Of a stretch of DNA of 64,000 bases, positions 19,158-27,327 are shown piece by piece; the first letter of the stretch is position 1, and each line of letters begins with the position of its first letter. The notes beneath the pieces were generated by a model. The model made no database searches. It saw only the letters and a list, made by a program, of their open reading frames with translations, and was not told the DNA's origin. This stretch comes from Candidatus Kapaibacterium sp. (GTDB taxonomy: Bacteria > Bacteroidota > Ignavibacteria > Kapaibacteriales > NICIL-2). A program made the translations under genes and the position numbers. The stretch is from the NCBI GenBank assembly GCA_046297095.1, contig JBKCNS010000022.1, forward strand, positions 23,756 to 87,755. The letters are read 5' to 3'.

Positions 19158-20081
19158 CTATGGCGTTCCCTCGCCAACCGGCATTGAAATCTCGTAGTAG
19201 CGCCTCTCTATGGGAAGCTCGATATTTCTAAAACTGATGCGCATGGATTCGTCCACGATCATCATTGAATTCCGCTCCACTTTCATCCAGTCACTGCGGC
19301 GCGCCGTTACCGGCTCTGATGCGATGAGAATTGCCGCATGCCTGCTGCCCGAAGGAGTAGGGTCTATTACACATCCTTCCACATCGGTGTTGTATCTACT
19401 GCCAAAGGCATAGTACATCGAGGCAGGCTGAACATCCGGATTTGTGGTGTATCGTACGGCCACAATACTCGTGCCGTTGGAAACACAAAGATTCAAGTAT
19501 GAATGCTGCTTGATGTCCGCATCCACAAGTAGGGCGCTAAGATCATCCAATGCTTTGTTCATGGCATAGACCATGTCGTCGCAGCTTACTTCGCCAAACG
19601 GGTCTTCAATGTGATTGAGGAACAGACCGAACATGTGCTCGGAATCGGTAGAGCCCAGGATGGCATCGTAGGCGGTGTCTTTAAGGTTGCGTAGCAGGCG
19701 CCGCCGGATTTCCTTGAAGCCCTGAATCATGCCATTGTGCATGAACATCAGCTTGCCGCACATGAATGGGTGGGAATTCACTTCCTCTACCGTCATTCCG
19801 GGCGATGCCGCTCGAATATGCATAAACATCAGCGGCGAGTGAATCTTCCGAGCAAGGTTGCGAAGGTTGGCATCGCTCCAAGCAGGTTTGATAGAGCGGA
19901 AGACGCAGGGTTCCTCGTCAAGTTCGGGAGCATACCAACCAATACCGAAGCCGTCGCCGTTCACCGCAACAGACATCTCCCCTGCATTTATGCTCTGCGC
20001 GGTAACAAGAGAGTATTTGGGTTTGTACAGAAGGTCGTCCGCAATGATTGCAGGACCGCTGTACGCGACGAAACGGCACAT
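19158..20081 (-). CDS. class II glutamine amidotransferase (EgtC/Dug3-like Ntn hydrolase)
   Basis: N-terminal MCR nucleophile, NGDGFGIGWY, HIRAAS, NSHPF, FMHNG, GSTDSE, ASEP. Confidence 0.88.
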   Translation of the reverse strand: MCRFVAYSGPAIIADDLLYKPKYSLVTAQSINAGEMSVAVNGDGFGIGWYAPELDEEPCVFRSIKPAWSDANLRNLARKIHSPLMFMHIRAASPGMTVEEVNSHPFMCGKLMFMHNGMIQGFKEIRRRLLRNLKDTAYDAILGSTDSEHMFGLFLNHIEDPFGEVSCDDMVYAMNKALDDLSALLVDADIKQHSYLNLCVSNGTSIVAVRYTTNPDVQPASMYYAFGSRYNTDVEGCVIDPTPSGSRHAAILIASEPVTARRSDWMKVERNSMMIVDESMRISFRNIELPIERRYYEISMPVGEGTP

Positions 20082-20216
20082 AAGGGCGGCTGATTTGGTT
20101 GAGTGTGAAAATACGAAAGCAGGCAGGACTGAACAACCATCGCGCCGGCCCGAACAGATGGGCAGTTCGGGGCCGAGAAGCCGGAGAGGAAGTGAGCATC
20201 TTTATCTGCGCAAATT

Positions 20217-20271
20217 GTTTGGTATCAGTTTCGCATCAGTTTGGTATCAGTTTCGTATCACTGTAGCATCG
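20217..20271. repeat. tandem repeat, 4-5 x 11 bp
   Basis: gtttggtatca/gtttcgcatca/gtttggtatca/gtttcgtatca/(ctgtagcatcg). Confidence 0.85.
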
Positions 20272-20598
20272 AACTAATCGGCTCTGCATGATTATGGCTC
20301 GTTGTAGGGCGAAATCACGGCATTGGAGTTTTTTGGTATGAAGTTTGCAACACTTCAGCGTGAGGCCCGGGTTTGAACTTTTAGTACATAACCGACCTCA
20401 CGTTCGTTGCCACACTCAAACGATCGTTGCAATAGCCCGTTTAGGGCTCGGTGCAAAGTTCCTGTATGGCTAAAACAATTCTCAGGAGTTGCGCCGTGAT
20501 CAAAAGAAAAGGTCATTGAGTGGGCATAGAGAACACTGCAGAAATGCAGGTATGTCTTCAAATGTGGATAACTTAGCGTGTCCGACCGAACAGGATGA

Positions 20599-22068
20599 AT
20601 GCTCGGACGAAGTGAAGAAAAGGATTTTCCGTTGATACAACACCAGAACATAGAACGGCCTACACGGCTATCACAGCAAGCGCATTTGTTGCCACGATTC
20701 GGCAGCATCGTGCTGTTGTGGTGTGTTGTTATCGTTGGGCTCCTGCAGATGAATGGTTGTACGGACGCCCCCACGGCTCCTTTTTCCTATTCCAATCCAC
20801 GAGATGCTCAGTCATTTGATGCCGACCCTTTTGTGACCGATTGGATGGATCTTTGTTGCCGAAGCGCGCAGCAAACTCCGCAGTTCAGCGATGCCATTGC
20901 ATCCAGAGCATACGCATACATCAGTATTGCTTTGTACGAGAGTTTACGTCAAGGTTTTGCTGATACTTCGCAGTCACTCTCCGCTTCACTAAACGACACT
21001 CCAATATTTCCCCAAGCCGATGTGCGATCCAAGCGATATCATTGGTTGATTGTGGCAAATACTGCGGTGGCCAAAGTGGCGTTGCACATGTACGCAATGG
21101 CTCCTGCGCCGGTACTGGCGCGGATTCGAGAGCGTGAGGCCGGTATTTATGCAGACATCAGCGCTCGGTTTCCCGATATGCAAAGCCTGAAAAACTCCAT
21201 TGATTTCGGCAGCCGAATGGCCGATGCTGTTATCGAGTATTCAGCTGCTGATGGAGCAGGCAACAGCGTGGTCAATCCCTTCGACGAAGAGTTTGTTCCT
21301 ACTGCAGACTCATCGTGCTGGCAGCCGGAGCCTAGCGACCCCAAAGCTCATCTTACACAGTGGGGTTCTCTGCGTCCGTTCGTGGTTCGCACAGAAGAAA
21401 TGCAGATCGATTTGAACCCCGGTACGTTCCCGATCTTCAGTACCAAACCTACATCGGCCTTTTTTGCATCGGCGCTGACTTCGTATAACAACTTCACAAG
21501 CTCGCAGCCTGACGACCGTGATCTAGTTGCATTCTGGGGCAATGAAGCTCAAAGCGAGAACGCCATCTCTACGCACATGATGAGTATTGCTACGCAGCTG
21601 CTACGAGCTAAACCCAACTCTATACGATTTGCCGCCGAGTTTCTCGCCAAGCTCAGCTTGGGTATGGCAGATGCATGTATTGCCGGCTACAAAACCAAAT
21701 ACCGGTATCCCTTGATGCGGCCTACGGTATACATAGCGCGGTATGTGAATCCTTCGTGGAAAACGGATTCGGCTATTGAAAAGCTCTTCGTTCCGCCCTG
21801 CCCCGAATACTGTTCAGTGCTGATGGCTGTGAGTGAGCACGCCTGTTCGGTGTTCAGCTCGTACTTCGGTGCGAACGTTTCCATGACCGATCGTTCCCGC
21901 GAAAACAACCTGCGCGTGGTACGCGACTATTTTACCTTCAACCAAGTATTGGCAGAAGTTCGAGGCGCGCAGCTACATAGTGGTCTGCAGTTCCCATTCA
22001 GCGTAGATGCGGGCTCTAAGCTGGGCAAGGGCGTAGCCTCTGTATACGCTCGTCGCTTGCGATTCTAA
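20599..22068 (+). CDS. vanadium-haloperoxidase/PAP2-fold lipoprotein with degenerate active site
   Basis: SRAYAY.SIALYE, G..MA..., WG.LRPF, FW, ADACIA.YK.KY.Y...RP; lipobox-like LLQMNG-C; true start probably downstream of 20599. Confidence 0.75.
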   Translation: MLGRSEEKDFPLIQHQNIERPTRLSQQAHLLPRFGSIVLLWCVVIVGLLQMNGCTDAPTAPFSYSNPRDAQSFDADPFVTDWMDLCCRSAQQTPQFSDAIASRAYAYISIALYESLRQGFADTSQSLSASLNDTPIFPQADVRSKRYHWLIVANTAVAKVALHMYAMAPAPVLARIREREAGIYADISARFPDMQSLKNSIDFGSRMADAVIEYSAADGAGNSVVNPFDEEFVPTADSSCWQPEPSDPKAHLTQWGSLRPFVVRTEEMQIDLNPGTFPIFSTKPTSAFFASALTSYNNFTSSQPDDRDLVAFWGNEAQSENAISTHMMSIATQLLRAKPNSIRFAAEFLAKLSLGMADACIAGYKTKYRYPLMRPTVYIARYVNPSWKTDSAIEKLFVPPCPEYCSVLMAVSEHACSVFSSYFGANVSMTDRSRENNLRVVRDYFTFNQVLAEVRGAQLHSGLQFPFSVDAGSKLGKGVASVYARRLRF

Positions 22069-22102
22069 GCACGCATCTCTCCTGCATTCTCCGTGCGAAC
22101 CG

Positions 22103-22110
22103 TATATTTG
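22103..22110 (+). promoter_or_regulatory. Bacteroidota-type -7 element (TATATTTG) for tRNA-Leu
   Basis: exact TAnnTTTG 11 nt before the mature tRNA 5' end. Confidence 0.65.
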
Positions 22111-22121
22111 CGATCCCATTT

Positions 22122-22202
22122 GCGGACGTGGCGAAATGGCAGACGCGCCAGACTTAGGATCTGGTAGGGTAACCTGTGAGAGTTCAAGTCTCTCCGTCCG
22201 CA
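22122..22202 (+). tRNA. tRNA-Leu(TAG)
   Basis: acceptor GCGGACG/CGTCCGC-A, D loop TGGCAGA, anticodon arm CCAGA-CTTAGGA-TCTGG, long variable arm, T arm GAGAG-TTCAAGT-CTCTC; CCA not encoded. Confidence 0.96.
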
Positions 22203-22398
22203 CAAAGTTTGTAAGTCTCATGTAGCTCTCCCAGGACCCCTTCATCCGTGGGAGATGCCCTCCGGACACCTTAAGGCCCCGGCCCCGTTGCCGTCGTAGC
22301 TCCCCCCCCCCAGTACCAACCTAACTCAGTAAAATCGTCGCGAAGTCATCGCTCACGGCCTGTTTTAGTACACAGTATCCGGTGATTGTGATGTTTGA

Positions 22399-22475
22399 TA
22401 ACCCTGTTATAACCCTCTTACAGCCCTCTTTTAGCCCTCTTGTGGAATTCTTATAGTCCTCCTGTGGATCTCTTA
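22399..22475. repeat. degenerate tandem array, 7 x 11 bp
   Basis: taaccctgtta/taaccctctta/cagccctcttt/tagccctcttg/tggaattctta/tagtcctcctg/tggatctctta. Confidence 0.7.
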
Positions 22476-22488
22476 CAATTTATGGGTT

Positions 22489-22713
22489 CACTTCAGCAAA
22501 ATCCCCTTTTTGGGGGATTTCCCGCGCACCATGCCTGGTCTATGTTTGCCGGCGGAAAACAATGCTTTTCCTTCAGACATGATCGGTGGTGAGGGGACGC
22601 ACGAAAAGGGCAACTCTTTGAAACCCCGCATATAACATAGTGGCGCGGTAATCCAACAGTATCGCACTATTATGATTGCGAGAAGAGCCTCTCACCATTT
22701 TTTTGCTGATGTG
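22489..22713. ncRNA. candidate structured ncRNA or inverted-repeat-bounded element
   Basis: ends cacttcagcaaaa/ttttgctgatgtg pair 12/13; internal stems aaatcccc/ggggattt, ggaaaa/ttttcc, ctatgtt/aacatag, tggtgagggg/cctctcacca; no credible CDS. Confidence 0.4.
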
Positions 22714-22961
22714 CAAAAGAGCATGCCTCCGGCACTTCTCGCCAATACTCACCTGCACCACCACCACCCGCAGGTATCTTGAAAAGGAGACTAGCGCTTC
22801 GTTCATGTAAGCGAGTATAGGTGGCACCCGCCACGCAGCGGCTCCGCCTGAAAAGAGCGCATCAACCAAAGGTTCTTTGGTCTCCAAACCCTGCTGTCGT
22901 GTATTTTTGCGGTTTCGCAGCACATTCGCTGCTGTACTTTTTTCATCTCTACGACAGTACC

Positions 22962-24245
22962 GTGAATACAGTTATTAACGCAAAAGACGGTCTCCTTCGC
23001 GAGGCAGTGATAACTCTCTCTCTCTCCGAGCTTCAACCCCATTTCGACAAAGCCTACGCGGCCACACAGGCAGAAGCCCATGTAGATGGATTTCGCAAAG
23101 GCAAAGTGCCCATGAATATCATCAAAGCCCGCTTTGGCAAGGCCATTGAGCAAGACGCTCTGGGTGATATTGCCGATGAAGTGTTTCGTTCGGTAATGAA
23201 GGAGCACAATCTGGATGTAGCGGGCGTTCCCATGATTCGTTCCATGGAGAGAACCGACGACAAGGGTTGTGAATTCGTCATAGAGTTTGAAGTTTTCCCG
23301 GAGTTCACGGTTCGCGAGTATCACGAGATTGAAATTGAAAAACCGCTTCGCGTAATTGATGATGCAGATGTGGAAGCTGAATTGCGTAACGTACTATTGC
23401 GCACATCCACGCTGGAAGACGCCGAGCAGGTAACCGATACCATGCATGTAGTGAAGCTGAAGTTTAGCGAGCTGGATCCGGAAACATCGGCGCCGCTCTT
23501 AGGTGGCAAGGAGCGCGAAGTGTTCTTGGATGACGATCGCACCGATCCCATCCTGCGTAATGATACACTGAACCTGCGCCGCGGTGATTCCTTTGCCTAT
23601 ACGGAATCGCATGCAGCGGGCGAGCATGGCGAGCATGCGCACAATCACAACTACAACGTAACGGTAGTAGAGATCAAGAAAGTCGTATTGCCCGAACTCA
23701 CTGCCGACTACATCGGCCAAATCACCGGTGGTGCCATCACCACAGAGGAAGCCCTGCGCGAGGACATCAAGAAGTCACTACAAAAGTATTGGGATAAAGA
23801 AGTTTCCGAGTCGCTTCGCGATCAAGTAGTGGACAAGTTCATTGCTGCTCACGACTTTGAGATCCCCAAAACACTAGTGGCCATGACATGTTCGGATATG
23901 ATCGAAGAAGTAAAGAAGAAGAACCCGGACGACCAATACTTGAAGCGTGCCAAGCGCGAGGAATTGTATGAAACATTTCTTCCTAATGCCGAGCAAAGCG
24001 TGCGCTGGCAATTGATCGCCGAACAGATTATCAAAACAGAGAGTTTGGATGTGGATGAATCGAGTATTCAAACCACCGCCGACTCACTGGGCGTGGACAA
24101 AGAAGTGGTGCGCGTTGCCTTGGAGAAAAATCCTCAACTGCGCAGCCGTATGCTTACCGATAGGCTCTTTGATTTTCTCTTCGAGAGAATTCTCACCACC
24201 GAAGTTCCGTACCTGGAAATGATGGAAAAGAATCAAGGCGAGTAA
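22962..24245 (+). CDS. tig: trigger factor
   Basis: GFRKGKVP ribosome-binding signature, EVFPEF, LPELT, FEIPK; GTG start at 22962 after TATTTTTG (22902-22909). Confidence 0.92.
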   Translation: MNTVINAKDGLLREAVITLSLSELQPHFDKAYAATQAEAHVDGFRKGKVPMNIIKARFGKAIEQDALGDIADEVFRSVMKEHNLDVAGVPMIRSMERTDDKGCEFVIEFEVFPEFTVREYHEIEIEKPLRVIDDADVEAELRNVLLRTSTLEDAEQVTDTMHVVKLKFSELDPETSAPLLGGKEREVFLDDDRTDPILRNDTLNLRRGDSFAYTESHAAGEHGEHAHNHNYNVTVVEIKKVVLPELTADYIGQITGGAITTEEALREDIKKSLQKYWDKEVSESLRDQVVDKFIAAHDFEIPKTLVAMTCSDMIEEVKKKNPDDQYLKRAKREELYETFLPNAEQSVRWQLIAEQIIKTESLDVDESSIQTTADSLGVDKEVVRVALEKNPQLRSRMLTDRLFDFLFERILTTEVPYLEMMEKNQGE

Positions 24246-24317
24246 TCTTCCGTATCGGTTAGACACCCAAGGGTTCGACGGCGCATGGCGTCTCGAACCC
24301 TTCGTATTTTACTGCCC

Positions 24318-25376
24318 ATGGCAATGCATCTGAACGCGTACTCAACCATTGCGGTTATTCAAACAGCCTTTCTTGGGGATGTAGCTCTGTCGCTGTTCTT
24401 CCTAGAAGAACTTCGTGCCTGTGCTCCGCATGCTCGCATACTCTTTGTTACTACTCCGGCCTCGGCTTCGCTGGCCGGGTGTTCAACATCCATCGATGAA
24501 GTTATTGTGTTCGATAAACGCGGCGCAGACTCCGGTGTGGGCGGCATGGTACGGCTAAGCGCACTATTAAAAAAGCGTGGTGTGGATTTGGTGTTTGGGT
24601 TGCAAAGGAGCTTGCGAACATCGGTGGTAGCGCGGCTTTGCGGCGCGCGCACCGGCGTGGGTTTCAAGAACGCAGCTGCTTCATGGTTGTATTCTCATAG
24701 AGTAGAATGGAATCTTGGTGTTCACGAAACACAGCGTAATCACGCGTTACTATCTGTGTTCGACGATACTCTTGATGCTGTGGTGCCGATGTCTATTCCG
24801 GCGCTGCAGATGTCGTTGCAAGGAATGCCTGATGATGCTCTTGCCCAAGAGTTTTCCGGTAGTACGAACGCAGGCCAAAAGTATATAGTGCTTGCTCCCG
24901 GCTCTGTGTGGGCTACGAAGCGGTGGTCGGAAGAGCATTGGATTACTTTGGCAACGAAGCTGGTGCATTCAGGGCACAAGGTGTTTGTGCTCGGCGGAGC
25001 AGAGGACCAATTGCTTTGTGCGCGCATTGCAGGCGCAGCGGGAGCCATGAGCGTATCAGCTAAGGATACAGCGCCTACGCTACCCCAAAGTTTGCGACTG
25101 ATAATGCAAGCGGATCTGGTAGTCACAAATGATAGTGCTCCCACGCATTTGGCGGCTCTTGCAGGAACGCGCACGCTCACGATCTATGGTTCTACCATAC
25201 CGGGATTTGGTTTTGGGCCCAGAGGTTCCGGCGATAGGATTGTGGAGAATGAATCTCTGTCGTGCAGACCTTGTGGTATACACGGCCGCAGGGAATGTCC
25301 GCTAGGTACATTGGAATGCTTGCAAAGCATAAGCGCCGAGCAGGTATTCGATGTTTGCTGTTCGATGATTGCGTAA
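24318..25376 (+). CDS. glycosyltransferase family 9 (LPS heptosyltransferase-like)
   Basis: QTAFLGDV, LAPGSVWATKRW, VTNDSAPTHLA, CRPCGIHG...CP. Confidence 0.9.
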   Translation: MAMHLNAYSTIAVIQTAFLGDVALSLFFLEELRACAPHARILFVTTPASASLAGCSTSIDEVIVFDKRGADSGVGGMVRLSALLKKRGVDLVFGLQRSLRTSVVARLCGARTGVGFKNAAASWLYSHRVEWNLGVHETQRNHALLSVFDDTLDAVVPMSIPALQMSLQGMPDDALAQEFSGSTNAGQKYIVLAPGSVWATKRWSEEHWITLATKLVHSGHKVFVLGGAEDQLLCARIAGAAGAMSVSAKDTAPTLPQSLRLIMQADLVVTNDSAPTHLAALAGTRTLTIYGSTIPGFGFGPRGSGDRIVENESLSCRPCGIHGRRECPLGTLECLQSISAEQVFDVCCSMIA

Positions 25377-25377
25377 T

Positions 25378-25415
25378 GCTCAAAGCTCAAAGCTCAAAGC
25401 TCAAAGCTCAAAGCT
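25378..25415. repeat. tandem repeat, 5 x 7 bp (gctcaaa)
   Basis: perfect copies starting 1 nt after the GT9 TAA. Confidence 0.95.
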
Positions 25416-25585
25416 TAGAAGTTTCGATGAAGAATTCAGCGTCGATCACACCTTTTAGTGCGGATGTACGTCGTTGGGTAGTATTCTTAACGAGTTACTA
25501 AGAATCCGCAAGAATTCCGAACGAGTGCATCAGCCTCAGTAACACTTCATCATGTAGATTTGCGGTACCACCAATAGCCATCACC

Positions 25586-27118
25586 ATGCCACGCAAGCCG
25601 TCACCGCGATTAACCATTCGCACTAAGAACAAAAAAGAAACAAACAACCGCTCGCAATCGAGATACTCTCGAGAAGCGATCGCGGATATTCGCTCGCGAG
25701 CCAAGCGCGGCCGTGGCACTGAAGAGGAGCAACGCAGCGAGTATTCAGGAAGAGAATCTAGCAGAGAATCTATCAGAGAGTCAGGAAGAGCATCTACCTC
25801 ACGTGATTCACGCAGCGGCGCTCGCACAGGAGCCGGCACACGAACAGGAGGTCGTTCGGAATCGGCGAATCAATCACGCGCACGCAGCAACCGAAGTACC
25901 GGTCGAAGCACAGATCGCAGTACCGGTCGCAGCACCGAACGCGGTACAGATCGCAGCACCGATCGCGGCACAGATCGCAATACCGATCGCATGGCCGATC
26001 AGCGTTCCGAGGGACTGCGCCGCAGAGGTAAAGAGAACAGAGCGGATTCGCGATCCGCCGACACTACGTGGCGCAGTAAAGACCAAAGCAGTTCGCGAAG
26101 CACCGGCAGCACTCGCTTCAAAAGAGATAGCGGCAGCACTCGAAGAGCTCCCCAAAGAAATGAAGCGGGTTCACGAAATACAGATCGAGCAACCTCATCA
26201 CGAAATACCGATAGAGCAACCTCATCTCGCAGTACCGATCGAGCGTCCTCATCACGAAACACCGATCGAGTAACCTCATCTCGCAGTACAACACGAGCAA
26301 CCACACCACGCAGTGCCGAACAGGCATCAGCTCCGAGAACCGCCGCGCGAGCTACCCCGGCACGCCTTCGTACATCGCAGGCCGGTGCTGAGGTATCACA
26401 CACATCAGATTTACGTTTGAATAAATTCCTTGCTGATGCCGGTATTGCATCGCGCCGCGCCGCCGACGAACTTATCGATGCCGGTGTGGTAAAGGTGAAT
26501 GGTCGGGTAGTTACGGAACAGGGCACAAAGGTTCATCCCGCAGACTTAGTTACTGTGCGTGGCGAACCGGTATCGTATATCAAGCACCTCACCTATCTGG
26601 TGCTGAATAAGCCAAAGGACTATATCACCACAACGAGCGACGAAAAGGGAAGAAAGACTGTAATGGATTTGATCCCACTCAAACAACGTTTGTACCCGGT
26701 GGGCCGACTGGATAGAAATACCACGGGCGCGCTCATCATTACCAACGATGGTGAGCTTGCAACGCGCCTTATGCATCCTAAGTACGAGATCGAGCGTGAG
26801 TATGTGGTAGGTTTGGACAAGCGCTTAACAACCGAGCACGCAAAGTCTGTAGCCAATGGTGTAACACTGGACGACGGCACAACAGGTCCTGCTGAAGTGC
26901 TCATCAATCCCGAAGATCGAACCGAAGTGCGTATCATTTTGCGCGAAGGAAAGAATCGCGAGGTGCGCCGCATTTTTGAACACTTCGGATACGAAGTAGT
27001 ACGCTTGCACCGAGTACGCTATGCGCATGTTACCGTCAGCGGATTATCGCGCGGAGAATACCGGCACTTAAGCCGAGACGAAGTGCGGGCATTGCGTAAG
27101 CGTGTGGGTGTTGAGTAA
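25586..27118 (+). CDS. rluB: rRNA pseudouridine synthase (RluB/RsuA family) with ~275-aa Arg/Ser/Thr-rich N-terminal extension
   Basis: S4 domain LRLNKFLA..G.ASRR.AD, LNKP, PVGRLD, EGKNREVRR; TAGATTTG at 25555-25562. Confidence 0.85.
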   Translation: MPRKPSPRLTIRTKNKKETNNRSQSRYSREAIADIRSRAKRGRGTEEEQRSEYSGRESSRESIRESGRASTSRDSRSGARTGAGTRTGGRSESANQSRARSNRSTGRSTDRSTGRSTERGTDRSTDRGTDRNTDRMADQRSEGLRRRGKENRADSRSADTTWRSKDQSSSRSTGSTRFKRDSGSTRRAPQRNEAGSRNTDRATSSRNTDRATSSRSTDRASSSRNTDRVTSSRSTTRATTPRSAEQASAPRTAARATPARLRTSQAGAEVSHTSDLRLNKFLADAGIASRRAADELIDAGVVKVNGRVVTEQGTKVHPADLVTVRGEPVSYIKHLTYLVLNKPKDYITTTSDEKGRKTVMDLIPLKQRLYPVGRLDRNTTGALIITNDGELATRLMHPKYEIEREYVVGLDKRLTTEHAKSVANGVTLDDGTTGPAEVLINPEDRTEVRIILREGKNREVRRIFEHFGYEVVRLHRVRYAHVTVSGLSRGEYRHLSRDEVRALRKRVGVE

Positions 27119-27327
27119 CACCGGCAAGCGGTAGGCGTGAGCTCAGAGGTTGGGCGCGCTCTGAAAGAGCCACACAACAAAGTCAGCTCTGTAGTTTGCC
27201 CTGAGTAATCATTATGAGAAACCTCCGGTAGTAAATACCTACAGAAATCTCTGTTGGAATTCACCGTGGGAATATCTCAATCAAGTTCATCAAAAGAATT
27301 GTGTACTTCCTTACAAGGACTAAAGCT

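Noticed and set aside
20563-20571. Single perfect DnaA box on the minus strand as an origin
   Set aside because: Isolated; about 0.5 such 9-mers are expected by chance in 64 kb on two strands.
22580-22680. SAM-I or c-di-GMP-I riboswitch resemblance (gaggggac, tgaaacc, ggcaa)
   Set aside because: Lacks the SAM-I ATC.AGAG, GGCCC and GCAACC elements and the c-di-GMP-I GAAA stem with GACGCAAAG; tig has its own promoter downstream.
22489-22713. Retron msr/msd or MITE reading of the inverted-repeat-bounded element
   Set aside because: No reverse transcriptase or transposase in the window, no target-site duplication and no second copy seen; kept only as an unclassified candidate.
22203-22961. Integrated element at tRNA-Leu and the 116-aa minus ORF at 22573-22923
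   Set aside because: No duplicated tRNA 3' end and no integrase; the ORF has no recognisable motif and overlaps the tig promoter.
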